Origin: Lama glama
Taxonomy: Eukaryota
Direction of reading: 5' to 3'
DNA: 64,000 nucleotides
Assembly: GCA_028534125.1 (NCBI GenBank)
Contig: CM052816.1
Coordinates: forward strand, 47,990,001-48,054,000
The stretch's first letter is position 1; the number at the start of each line of letters is the position of its first letter. Positions 23,841 through 37,635 of the stretch are shown here, one piece after another. The position numbers and the translations under genes are program-made. The notes beneath the pieces were generated by a model, which was not told the DNA's origin, ran no database searches, and was given only the letters and a program-made list of their open reading frames with translations.

Positions 23841-24004
23841 GAGACCTTCTAGTTTCTTGCTGGAATCTTACAGAGCACCTTTGTAAGAATTCAATATCCA
23901 GTGGTTATACATAATTTTGTAACTTTGCTGCAGTGGCTGCAAATCCTAATTCTTCTTGCTGCTACCCATTTTCCCAGAGTTGCACACTTCAGGCAATATA
24001 CCAT

Positions 24005-24138
24005 ATCTGGAATCAGACTGACATGGGTTCAAATCCAAGATTTACCCTAACTATTTAGCTTTGGGAAAGTTGTATGACTTGTCCACATCTTTCAGATAAG
24101 GAAAGTAATGTTACTTACTTTATAGGTTGTTAGAAGGG
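24005..24138 (+). mobile_element. MIR fragment
   Basis: tctggaatcagactgacatgggttcaaatcca..ctttgggaaagtt..ataggttgtt. Confidence 0.65.
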
Positions 24139-24558
24139 TGTTGGGCTGCATCCTGCAGGCCTGCAAGCCTTGTAGTTGCCTAGCCTCAAGACCTAAAAAA
24201 AGAGCACAGAGACAGCAGCAGAGACATCAGTGGTTTAGTGATGAGGGGAACTTACAAGTCTACAGCAAAAGATGCTGGAGTAACCCCCTACTATGTACAG
24301 CAAATGGCAGGCAGAACAGGACAGTAATCTTCACTACTGGGGGAAGAAGGAGGCTACCATTTATAGGGGGAATTGATGTCAGGTTGGCTCATCAGTGACC
24401 AGGGAAACCAGCAACTGGGGCAGGGGACAAGAATGTAGGCACTTTACTAAGCCCTATAATTAAGAAGATTGGATAGTTATGTGAGGGAAACTGGAATGGT
24501 TGAGTCAGCGGCAGGGATAGAGCAAGAGAACAGCCATCTTTAATGGCCTGACCATACA
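24139..24558 (-). mobile_element. Solo LTR, 420 bp, TG..CA ends
   Basis: Bounded by TG and CA with flanks AAGGG/GAGGG; minus-strand TATAAAT near 24360; GC-richer than its surroundings. Confidence 0.75.
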
Positions 24559-25191
24559 GAGGGTCGATTGAGCTATTTCCTGATTCAGTGTTCTATTAGC
24601 AAATGGCTCAGTGACAACCCTCTTTTGGGATTCCACCTCCACATGTCACTTTTTAATTAACTTTCTATCTTTCCTCAATAGATTGGCCATTGGAACATGC
24701 AGGTCTGAAATATTTAAAAAAAATGCTGATACAGTACTAGAATGTAAGCTCTGAGGGCAGAGAATTTTGGGGGTTTTTTGTTTTTTTTCTGATCACTTAT
24801 GTATCATCCTAAGTGTCCTCCAAAAAGACGCTCAATGAATGAATGCTGAAAACAATGAGTGAATAGTGTGGTGGTTTGAACTATGTTTTGAGTGTGAGAT
24901 TGTGATTTAGTTTTTAAAGTTCACTTTATCGAAGCATCAGTTACATGGAATAAAACATTTATTTTTCTATCTATCTCATTCCTGTTCAGTGAGTTTGACA
25001 AATGTCTACACTCATTAACCAACACCACAATTAAGTTAAAGAACATTTCAACAATCCATGGTTTACTTTTACTTATATACTTTAAAAGCATTGATTTTTT
25101 AAATTACCTCTGAGCACCCTAACCCTTGATGCCCAGATATACTCAATTAGAGCTCAAACTGCACTCAGTCCTATAAAAGTAGGACTCATTA

Positions 25192-25411
25192 CAGAATTTC
25201 TCACCAGGGAACTATTTACATTATGGACCAGATAACTCTTTGTTGATGTTCATGTCTTGTGCATTATACAGGGTGCTTAGTTATATGTCTGGCATCTACC
25301 CACTAGATGCCAGTGGCACTCTCTCTCCCAAGCTGTGGCAACCAGCTATGTCTCCAGACATTACCAAAAGTCCCCTCCGTTGGCGAAATTGTTCTGAGTT
25401 GAAAACCACTG
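25192..25411 (-). mobile_element. MER20 hAT-Charlie DNA transposon
   Basis: ctacccactagatgccagt..atgtctccagacatt..gttgaaaaccactg; about 220 bp. Confidence 0.88.
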
Positions 25412-28400
25412 CTCTATGTCCACCTCTTCAGGGCAAGATGAGTCCACAGAACATACCCCTGGTCTGAGCCAATGCCTCTGCACTTGCTGAGATCCACTGG
25501 CAGAATTTCCATGCTTCATCCTTCTCAGCAAAGGCTCAACTACCTTAGGATCCTGCATCCCGATGGCACATTGCCTCCTCCCTTCTCTGCCATCAGTGTG
25601 TGCCATCCACTGCCTGTAGTCTTGAACATTTATAGGCTTCTATTGATCCTCCCCTCTGTTCCACACTGAATCCAGGGCAGATGGGAAGTGGTATTAAAAC
25701 TTGCTTTTGTTCTATTCCTGCCTTGTGAATCTGTGTTCTCTGTGGCCCACTCATTGAGAAGGTAATGAACCTATCTTCAGTTCTACCTTTAGAAATAGAC
25801 AATTAGTTTTTAATTAAATGAACACATGTGCTTAGCATTGTATCCGGCAAGTAGTAATGCTCAGTACATAGCAACTCTTATTATTAAATCCATACCACTG
25901 TTTCTCTGTGCTGCTGGTATTTTCCCCTTGTTTCCTTGTACTGAGATCATTCCTACTTTCATCATACTTGCCACACTTTCTCTGTTTGTCTTAAGCTTTT
26001 GTATTAAGGCCACAGTCTGTGCTCATGTGACCCAAAGATACTTAATTCTCAAGCCACCCAAACATATCTGTCCTCCTGATCTGATCACACATTCCTCAGC
26101 TTTTGATATAACATTAAAATAAAATAAGCTCCTTAGGAAATCCCATTATTATTTGATTGGGAAGGAATGGCTCTCCTGATTAGAGCCACAGGGAAGACCA
26201 TCCTCTGAAGGGAAAAACCCAGACACTGTGTGACTGATAGTTTCCTTATTTTCTCACTACCCTTCCCTAGAAGAGATATGGAACTCCATACTTACACCTT
26301 GTGTACTTTTTGAATAACAAAGGTAAACAGAACATTTGATTTAAAAAATCCTACATTTCATTAAATGTAAATAAAATAATTTTTAAAAAAAGAATACAAA
26401 CTTAAGATGTGAGAGAACGCCTCTTAACTCACCAGATAAGGAAACTAGAATATTGTTCATTTATTATGTGAAGGAGAACTCAAATCCTGCAGGAAACCTT
26501 GAGTATAGAGGACTATTAAAGAAGTCTGGGTTATTATTATTATATTCTGTATTATTAACAGAAGTATAGGTTATTATAAACTTGGAAAAATTGTTTGAAG
26601 TGGTTGCATAACCATCAGCACAAACTTGGCTTTTGACACTCAATATTTGGGGATGTGAGATCCAAAATCCTTATTGCTCAACCTATTATAATATCTGGTA
26701 TTTTCCAAAGTCTTTTCAGAAACTCAAAAGCTGAGTGTTTTTTTTTTTACATTCTCTTTGCATTCCTACTGTAGAAATCCTATTCTGAAGGGAGGAAATT
26801 GTGGGAGAGGGCGGGGCTAAAGGTCAATTATAGTTAATAAAAAACAGGGGATGAATTAAAAGTTATTTTTACTACCTGAAATAAAATAATTGATTTGAGT
26901 TATATTTACCTCTGAGAGCAGTCTTGGGTATATACTGGGGATGTAGATAAATCTGACTTCAAGGGAATAAAAAATTCTAATACTTTTCCCATCATTCTCA
27001 AGAGGAAAGTAAAACCTTTGTTTCTAGTATTAGAGACAAAAGCTTAGATACATATTAAGAAGAGGAGTAAGAATTTGATTTAAATTAACAGTCTAAGGCT
27101 TTTCTAGAAGGCAAGATTACCTAGGGAACGGGGAGGGGGGTGCTGACATCTGGAAGCAGCAAGGGATTAGAACAACATACAAGATGAATAAAGACAATAT
27201 TTGCAGAACCCACATAATTTTGTTTAGAACAATATTTTTGCTTCCTCTCTCTCTCTTACAAAAGCCATGAACATTTGGTGGAAAATATACAGATACAGAG
27301 TTGTAATCACTTTACAGCTTTAAAGAAGCTGGAATTCCACACACAAAAAATTACAGAAACAGGTGTTAGAGATTAAGGATGCCAAATTTAAATATATCAG
27401 GAAACTAAGATGATAGATTCCTAAGTCTGAATCATAAAGACCAAAGAAGTCTGACAAGGTGATTTGATCATAATAATATTAATAGGAGAATATATAACCC
27501 ATTAACTTTATATTGGAGCACTAATGTTCTCTGAAGACTTTCCAAGTTAACAGAAATCAAAGCCCAAGTAAAAGGAATAATGATTCTACAGATAATTTCA
27601 GACAACATAAGGAGGAAGAAAGTTCTTCATGTCTATTTTTGTTCAATTAGGAGAGACTATTCTGGACAAAATTTAAAATATTCAGGTGGTTTCTAAGCCA
27701 TGTAAGTATTATGACATTACTGTAGATTTTAGATAGTTTCTTTCCTTGGCATGAGTGCAATTATATAATTTACATGTCATATTTTAGATTACAATTTTTT
27801 TTAGGTATTTGAAATTAGTGTCTTTGATAATCATTTTTAAACAACCCAATAGTTTCAACTTTTCTATGTTGGTTAGAAAGTTATGTTCAACTTGAAAGTA
27901 CAAGAAAACATGATTATTTTAATTATGTTTTAACAAAATTTCATTGTTTCTACCAATATTAAATCATTTTTCTCTCTTTCAAGCATATTATGGTACATAT
28001 TACAGTATATAATTTTAAAGAGAAATTTAAGGGACCTATATTAAAACTTTATAATTTTAGCTATTTTTTGTACTAATGATTCTATTTGTAAATGCAGTAC
28101 ATAATGTTAGATATAATGGTCTAATTGTATGTGATTTTATTAATGAGCCAGTTAAGATTATAAATAACATAAGGAAAATTTGGATTTGCTGGAGAAAGTA
28201 AATACAGAAAATTTATAAACAATTTTCCAAGAAAATGCTATCTCATATCTTGAAGAATATGTAGCATATTAAATTTGGTTATAGTATACAAAATGACTTT
28301 AAGGGAAAATGGAATAATATTCAAAGATAAAAAAACTAACCAAAGTGAAATAGAGGATTTAGGTCAGATCTTTTCCTTGTGAAATAGACAGATAACTGAA

Positions 28401-29939
28401 ACAAAGAAATGGATTTTGGCAAAACCTTAATGCTCCATTTCACTTCACTTTGGTGCCTGTAGAAGTAAGTGTATTATAAATTTTTAATACAATTTTTAAA
28501 AAACAACAAAAATTAAATTGATTTTGAAAGGGGAGGTGATCAAACAATAAAAAAGTCAATTTGTCTTGAATAGGATACAATATTTTAGGTTTATTAATAA
28601 CTAGCTAAATTTAAAGCAGATGTATATAGAAGGTTTCCAGTGTTATCTAAAATTTCCTGACAGTGCATAGATTTTCTTTGAATAACAATTGGCCTGTAAG
28701 AGACCAAAGCTAGTTTCATCAATTTTCAGCTGTTAAAAAAAAGGATAATGTTGCTTAAATTTGTTTGTTCCTTCTCAGATTTTGTTGGTAAATTCTGTAA
28801 TGTGTTTCTGAAAATAATATAGACTGACAAGTGCTTCAGTACTGACACAGAAAAGAATAGAGTATGAAATTTTATTAATCTTATTCAGCTTAATATTTTG
28901 TTTATTTAAAACAAACATTTATTTTCTGAAGTATGAGGTAATTCTTTTTAAAAAGAAGAATGGATTAAGTAATTAAAATATTAAAGGACTAAAGAAAAAT
29001 CTCCCAAATTATTTAACTTTAAAAAATCAATGTGATCATATTATTAAATGTGTCCTGGTTTTAGGCAGCATGGTGAGAACAGAGTGGTAATTGCAGTGCT
29101 TCTTTTGAGCTTACTCTTATGCAGCCTGAAGGTAGAAGAGAATGTTTTGGAAGATGTTCAACATTTAATTACCTTAATTCTGATTTTTCCTAATAAATGT
29201 CAATACTTTAGACCAATTGAATTCAAATGCTTATTTTATATTGTGTAGTACACAGAACACATCAGAACTAATAAAAAATGTAAATGAAAAAAGGAAAATG
29301 GCTAACGTTCCTTAGAATTCTTTCTCTTTACCAGCACATTAAAAAAAGCCCAGTCTGCTATGGCTGTGAATAATCTTGCCTATGTACACATAAATGGAAT
29401 CAGAAATCATAAAGAATGATAGATGTTTTTTATCAAATTTTAATTACAACTGTGTGCAATGTTGAACTATAAAATAATTTAATGAGATTAAGCAGAAAAT
29501 TAACCACAGTAAGAAAGCAGAATTTTTATAGTAGTAACAGGTTTTACCTCCCAGCAATGCAGATTTCAGTTTTTCTTGCTGATCATTAAATTCTGTTTTC
29601 TAAGGATAAAACAGATATAGATGCAAAGATAGAAGCCATATAGCCAAAAAGAACTTTCAAACTCCTCAGACCACTAGTCCTATTAGCCCAGCAGTCTGTC
29701 TCTGATGATGATACCCAGTCACTTTGTGGGAGCACATGAATATGGTTCTTAAAGATCAGGGTCCACATAGATTTCATCAATGAAACCTTATTCTGGAGCA
29801 CATCTAACTTCCACAAGCATAATGAAATGGTTGTTTACATCACTAAATTTGGGGTAGCTTTTAATGCCTCAATACATAGCTGGAACAGAATGAGGTGCTG
29901 CCATTGTTTCTGGGGTCAGGCAGTGGGCAGTCTTCCTGT

Positions 29940-30172
29940 GTGTGTCTGTGTTGTTAGATGTCATTCTGTTGTCTTGGACCCAAATCTCCTTCTTCTTAAA
30001 AAAACAAAACAAACAAACAAAAAAAAAACAGTCGTATTACGTCCATCCTAATGGCCTCATCTTAACTTGATTACATCTGCAAAGGCCTTATTTCCAAATA
30101 AGGTCGTAGTCACAGTTACTAGGTGTTCTGATTTTAATATACATTTTGGGGGGCACAGTTTAACCCACCACA
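29940..30172 (-). mobile_element. MLT1 (C/D-like) fragment
   Basis: cctcatcttaacttgattacatctgcaaag..tatttccaaataaggtc..ggggggcacagtttaaccca. Confidence 0.75.
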
Positions 30173-33100
30173 ATGGAGCACTGGAAAAGTGGAAGGGGTC
30201 TGGCCAGGGCACCAGCACCATTGGCTGCAAGATCTTTCTAAGTTCCCAGTTTCCTCATGCATTCGGTCTTTTGATATACTTATTTGCTGATACAGTGAAA
30301 AATTTTCAGATAGCAATTTTCATATCTTTGAATATTCTTCTTGCCTAAACTGTCTTTTTCCCACTCTGCTTGGTGAAAGTCTCCTTATCTTTAAGATGTA
30401 CTATTATATCCTGAGGGCAGCCTTCTCTGGCTCTCCCAGTCTCTATATACCAAGTCACTCCACTAAATGAGCTTGTTTATTAACTCACTGAAATAATTTT
30501 AATGTATATCATTTGGAACAGTGATATACACTAGATATGGTGCTAGGTTATTAGGGATACAGACCTTAGCCCTAAGGTTGGTTATAGTTTATTAGGGGAC
30601 ACAGAAGATAAAAAATTATAACAAAGTGGTAAGGTGGTCATTGCATGCTATGGCCACTCAGAGGAAGAACTCCAAGCCCAGACAATGGCAGAGATGCAAA
30701 GGATGACACAAGTCAGGAGAATTTTGACACAATTAAGATTAATATCTTAAATACAAAAAAAAAATTTTTTTAGTCAGTCCTTTAATGAAGCACCTATTTT
30801 TGACTCTATCAATGTTTCTACTAGTTATTTACTTGTTTTCTTAATTCATTCATTAAATCACTCATTCATTAAATTTGACAGTTATTTCTGGATTAAGGCA
30901 CTGAGTTAAGTTCTGTCAGACATATATCTGAGCTGTTTTAAAACAAACATTGAGTATAGGTAATGGAATAAAATATACTCTCCTTTAAAGTTAATGGAGC
31001 AACTTATTTTGAACTGTTGATTAAGCTATATTTATCTATAATTGATTAGCTTCCTAGAAAAAATATTGTCAATCTGTAATTTGTATATCTCAAAGCAGTC
31101 CTTAAATATCCCAAAGGTAATTTTCCTCAACAGACATTTTAAAATGCCTGCAATTATTTACAAGTGATGATTGTCTGCAGTAGTAATTTTCTTGTCTTAA
31201 TGGAAATAAGCTGCTTATTATTTTTAAAAAAGTGTGTCAACCATGATTCCTGCTTAGAATGCTGCCTTTTCTCCAGAAGCTGATAAAATACTCAATTTTC
31301 TACCGACAGTGCAGTAAAATGTGAGGAAAGACACCAAACTTCAAAAACTGACATAATAAAAATCCACACTGTCTTTTGATGGATTGATTTTAATAACATT
31401 ACCCTTAAAATAGCAATTTTGGGGAGCAAAAGTGCTTTATTTTTACATTTGTCAGTCAAAGATTTATATGCATTCGTATTATTAATACAAATAGATACAT
31501 AATGTTTCACCAGTTCATCTAATTTCTTGTATCCATAATATTACATAATAAAAGAGTAACTTTAGTTGACTTCTCCTTACTATAGCCATACCTTATATTT
31601 AGAGAATATAAAAATAAGGATGAACCAGAAATATTAGATTAATTTGTTCAGAGAAAGGGTGTTAGCTTTTTCTTTCTAAATCAATCTAGAAAGTTTTGGC
31701 AAATGTTTTTTGTCAGATGTCTTTTATAGCCACATTAAGTAAGAAAAACTGATACACATTTTTTTTCTTTCTTTTAAATGTGACTTATAAGAACCTGAAA
31801 TTCATATAGGTGAGACGATGGAAATAAAAAGGTTTCAGCTAGGCCTTTTTGAAGGAGTTATTCTGCTAAACATGGTCTTAGGTTGTCTGACAGGTCAACT
31901 ATTGAAACTTTTTGTGACAGTATCAACATTAGCTTTTCATGATTCATTCTCAGCTGGTAAGAAGTCAGCAGAAACTTCTGCAGGGCATATATATTAGTAG
32001 CAAATGATTTAAAAATACCACAAAGACTATAAGCCTGGTTGTGCCACTCTGCTTCAACAATAGATCCTTCTAACAAGCCTCACCTATCTAATTAAGTAAG
32101 TTTTAAATCTCTAAATCTCCTTTCTTTCCTCTTTCCTCTTTCCCTACCTTTTTTCTTTTCTTTCTTTTTCCTTGAAGAAATTGTTTTCATTTGTTATTAG
32201 CAGGAATTCATGCGTGGTGTGGCTTGACAGTATTTCAGGTCATCGGAATGCAAGACTGCTTCCTTGAAGCATTTTTGTGCTGCTGTTTTAAAAACTAATA
32301 ATAATTTTAAAAAATCAATTGGCATTAATAAAAATAACAGTGTGAAATTAAAAAAAAATGGTTCTATTGTTCAGGTAAAGAAATCTGACTTTTCCAGAAC
32401 ACTGACTGCTCAGTTACCCAATTAGTAAGTGATGGGGTCTACATGGGTTTTAAATTCAGTTTAACTGAAAGCCTGGCCTTTTAAATAAAAACATATGGAA
32501 GTTTCAATTTTACAAGTAGAGAAACATTGGTATTGCTTTCATTATTTCATTATCATAATTGTATTATTTCATCCCATTATCTAGCCTTTGGTGCTGGCTC
32601 TAGGGCTTCACTGCTTTTACTTCCACATTCTGGTAAAATTTCAGGTCAGAAAACATCTGGCTGTTAGGAGCACAACTCCTTCACCCAGAAATCCGAGAAG
32701 ATTTGGGCACTCCATTAGGCCACTAATTGTCTCTCATTTTAATTTGTGATTCACATAGTTAGTAAGGATCAATACAGTTGGATATTATTAACACTCAGAT
32801 GATAGAAGGAGCAAGTGGCAGTAGTTCACAATCTGGCAGAATTCTACATAATGATCCTCTAACGCCTTTCAGTTAGAGTTCTTAGTGAAGGGTCACTTCA
32901 CACAGCTTGGTACCTTACTCTTATCAACCCTGGAGTGAGGGGAGAAGGATAGGGGTAGGAAACCATTATTCAAGCTACTAAATTTTCCCTTTTGACCACA
33001 ATCTTGTCTGTAAGTCCAAAGTTTTGGATGAAGAAATGTTCTGTGGATAACAAACTTTCTCTAAAAGCTTGCCCCCTCAAAAGACAGAAACTTGTCTATT

Positions 33101-33269
33101 TTTGTCCTTCCTCATTCTGTCCTATTAAGGCATGATGGATCTACCAGCATACAGATATTTTCTGTTACTTTGCACCTTAAAAAATTCCTCCCTTGATTCT
33201 TTTTTTTCAGTGTTGCTACTGGCTTATTTCTCTGATTCAATCCATAAACTCATTAAATTCATTGTTTTC

Positions 33270-33895
33270 ATATAGTATTTCTATTTCCTTATCTCTCACT
33301 TGCTCCATCTCACTCCAGTCTGGCTTCCACCTTTACCACTCTGTTATATCTTGTCAACATTACCAGTGTTCTACATTTTGTCAGCTCCTCTGTTCATTTT
33401 TCTCTGGTCACTTATCATCTTATTGGAAAGTAGTGAAAGATCTTTTGACCATTCCCTCTTTTTTTCTTTGTCCTAAAAATATTGTTTCTGGCTGTTAAGT
33501 TAAGAATGACTAGGAGAGGGCCAAGAATGGATTCTAGGAGACTTGTGGGAATTCTGATGGTGATAGTAGAGTTTGATGACAGACAATAGCAGGTTGGACT
33601 GGGATGTTCATAATGGAGATTAAGATGAATAAAAAAATGATATTTGGGAGGTAAAACTGGAAGTTCTTGGGGACTGATGAAATTTGGTTCAGTTTTGAGT
33701 ATGTTGAAATTGAGGAACTCCTGAGATGTCGAAATAGAGATATTGAATAGATATTGCTCAACAGTGGATAGGAATTTCAGAGAATGCTGAGATAAAACTA
33801 ATTTAGAGCATAATCAATTTAGAATTGATTTGAGCCAATGGGCTTGGATATGATCACTTAAGGACATAAGGGTAAACTGAGAGAGGTTTTAGGAA
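33270..33895. mobile_element. L2 fragments in opposite orientations
   Basis: ctccagtctggcttccac (plus strand), then gttcagttttgagtatgttgaaattgag (minus strand). Confidence 0.65.
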
Positions 33896-36549
33896 GAAAC
33901 ATACTATAGCCTATAATGTATTCTAATGCTTCATTCACTTAAAAGAATGGCTATAGAGCAAGTCTGGATATATAGGAAGTGACAAGATAATAACCCTTGG
34001 AGCTACTCTTTTTATTCTTTATCCCATGTGATACATTTTTCTTTCAGACTGTGTGAGACTTAATGTAGTTGAAGGCACACGAGCAGTAGATTTTGTCACA
34101 CCTGTCACTCTACTTTTAATAATACATTTCAACAATAGCAAGGCTTTGCATGATGTATAAAGTCAATATTCAGTATAATAATGCTATATTTGATTATGAT
34201 GATGAAGTTTGATACAAATATCTTTCTCTTATTTTAAAAGAAAACTTTTGCTACAGCTATGAAATTCATTTAGTGGTTTGCTGTTGTCCGGAAATATCAC
34301 ATCCATTTCTTTTCCCCTAAGCTTCTTTTGAAGTGCTTTCGCCTTAATGGTTGAAGTTGCAGTAAATAATATTGTTTCTCTGTACTCTAAACAAATAGAA
34401 TTTTAAAAAATGTTTGGATAAACATATAAATCCACAGTGGAAAACTAAATAACAAAATGTATATCATACTGGCAATGGGGAAAAGGGAGATACACATATA
34501 GAAATTATGCTAGTTTTAGTACACTTAGAATCAGAAAATGAAAAATATCCGTTTGTCATAAAAGTTGTTATAGGCATTGGTATCTTCTTAATAGTCTAAC
34601 AGTACTAATTTATGTGGATTATTAAACTGTATAACTTCATTGAAATAGTCTTTTTATATATGGAGGAAAGATGTGTGTAAACAAAGGAAATAAACAAGAA
34701 ACATCTTAGTAACCTTAAATGTAGGAAACTACTTAATTACGCTGAAATTATTCTTTTGCTTGAGTATCACCTTTCACCTAACATACCATTTGTGAACAGA
34801 AAGGAAAGAAAGTGTTGAATTTATTCAAGATTTTTTTTATATTTATGTAGAACAAATGAAAAGGTTTGCCATTGATCCTTTGAAGTTAATTTATATTTTC
34901 AGAGCATATTTGATAACCAGATTGCCAATTTAACTTTTTGAGAAAATGATAAATAAATTACAAAGTAATTGATGATGAAGGGCCTTCACTTTGGAATTCA
35001 TTAGAGTTAAATTCAAAGTGCTATATTATATATTTGTTTCATTTATGGTAGATCTAGTCTCTAATGAAGAATTTCCCTGGAAATCTAAAGTATATTGGGA
35101 AGTCTATTTTTCAGAAATGTTGCCAGAAATTTATTTACTGTATACTGTAAATAAATCTATATTAAGCTGAAATCAGTATATTCAACATGTGTAAAATTCA
35201 AAATATCTGAAACAGCTCAAATTTCTTCTTATTAATACAACACTTGTATAAATCAACTTCAAATTTTATATCATAACATACACACACTATTTTTTTCCCA
35301 AATGATGATGAATGATGCTACCTTTTTCTTACATTTTCTTCTTCTAATGATTTAATCTTCTAAGATCATTTCTTGAATGCATAATACTCAAACTAAAACT
35401 ACCACACTGAAAAATCTGTTACTGCAAGCAAAGAAAGTTTAAGTCTGTGAATTAGAACACCTTCTTCCCCCTGGATTCCCAGGAAGGTGCTTGGGGCCTG
35501 GACAGTTCAGGAATGATTTTGCTGGCACAGGGTCCTGAGAATGGCCTTCCCACTGAACACTCCAAATCTTTATTTTCTGGGCATACTGTCTTTCTGGAAA
35601 TGTGTACTGTTACAGAAAATATGCATTCTTCTCAAGTGTGTTATGAAGCTAGACAAAAACTCAAATTGATTAAGTTTGTTGGATGGTATGTTTCTTTTCT
35701 TTTGGTTTGATCTGAGATTTATTTTCTCATTATTCTTGAGCTCTGAGAGATATCTGGTTATAATAGAAAGTAACTTTGACACCTTACTAGGTTTATTTCC
35801 CTTCAGATCAGAATGAGATGTACATGGTAATTTAGTTGAATTGTGGAAGAAATCATGGCATTGTTGCTCAAAAAATGACTACTTGAAATCAATAAAAGAA
35901 AAAAAAAATCCCTGTCCATCTGAGTTACTAAACTCTGTATGTCCTGGCTAGATTGCAGTTTTGTTTAGTTCTGTAAACTACATTTCTCTCACCACCCCAA
36001 GCACTCTCATGCCCTCATTTCTCTTAACATCTGCTGCACTGACTACACATCACTTATGCAACAAACAAAATAAGGTGGATTTATTTCATTTCATGGTATT
36101 TTAAACTAGTTGGAAATCAGGAGATCCTGACTTCTATACTAAGACTTTAGAAATGGTGGTATTTACTGACTTTAAGTATTTCAAAGAATTTCTCACTGAA
36201 GTGGTTTTTGTTCTTAGGTATGAATATTTCATAACATTGAATGAAATGATGGACTTACATAATAACTATATGGACAAGTCTATGTGTCCAGTTTTTCACT
36301 TATAACTTGGAGAAAATTAATAGCTTTATCAGTTGAATATTCCAAGTATACAGGAAACAGAGTATAGCACAATAAACAGTGATATATTAATGATGTCTTT
36401 TCCTCCTCTAGGAATTTTCTTTTATCCTTTACACATTTTTCTAACTGGTTGTTTGTTTTTTTTCATTAATTTTTAGGTTTCTCATAAATTTCATATAGCC
36501 ATTCTTTGACACTCATATTAATAGCAAATGTCTCTCTTAGTCTGTCTTT

Positions 36550-37635
36550 TTGTTTCAGTTTATTTTGAAATAATTGTAATTTCACAGGAAGTTGCAAAAA
36601 TGTTATATAGAGAGGGCCCACGTATCCTTCACCTAGTTTCCCAAAATATAACTGTAGTTCATATCAAAACCAGAACTTTGCCATTGCTAGGATGTGTGTG
36701 TATAGTTTTATATCATTTATCATATAAGTCATTTGTACAACCATTGCCATAATCAAGAGACGGAACTATTAACACAAACATCTCCATCATGTTATACCTT
36801 TATAGACACACCTACCTCCCTCCTTTCCATAACCCCAGCTCCTGGCAACTATTAATCTGCTGTTCATCCATATAATTTTTGTTGAGAAAGGTATGTAAAT
36901 GGAGTCATACAGTATACAGCTTTCTGGGATTAGCCTTGGTCACTGAGCATAATTTTCTACATAGACCATTATGTCTTCTGTAAACGGAGGCTGTTTTGCT
37001 TCTCCCTTTCCCATCTGTATGCTTTGATTCTTCTCTTGCTTTATGGCATTGGCTTAAAATTCCACTACTATGTTTAATAGCAATGATGAGAGTAAATATC
37101 ATGTCTTTTCTGATCCTTGGGGATAAATATTAAGCCTTTCACCATTATGTATGATTTTAGCTGTAGGTTTTTGTAGATGTTGTTTATCAGATTGACGTTC
37201 CCTAATTTGTGAGAGCTTTTATCATGCATGGTTGTTCTAATTTTATCAAATAAGTTTTCTGTTGCAGTTGATAGGATCACATGATTTTCTTCTTTAGCTT
37301 GTTAATACAGTGAATTACACTCTTTGATTTTCAAAAGTTGAGACAGTCTTGCATCTCTGGAATAAAATCCATTAGGTCATGGTATATAATTCTTTTCATA
37401 TATTGCTGAACTTTATTTGCTAATATTTTTTGTTAAAAATTTTATATCTATATTCATGAGATACAGTAGGTTGTAGTTTTATTTATTTATTTTATCTGGT
37501 TTATGTATTATAACCATTTTAACTTCATAAAAGGTAAGGTGTAGATTACTGATTTGAAATTTTTCATTTTTTCTAATGTAAACATTTAGTGCTATAAAAT
37601 CCTCTCAACCCTGCTTTAGCTGTGTGCCACAATTT
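36550..37635 (-). mobile_element. Old L1M: 3' UTR plus ORF2 RT remnants
   Basis: tttattttgaaataattgtaatttcacaggaagttgcaaa tail; ORF 37074-37280 MILSTATENLFDKI resembles L1 MIISIDAEKAFDKI. Confidence 0.85.

Noticed and set aside
31143..31283. GTGATGA ... CTGA as a second C/D snoRNA
   Set aside because: Intergenic, no terminal stem; such box pairs occur by chance.
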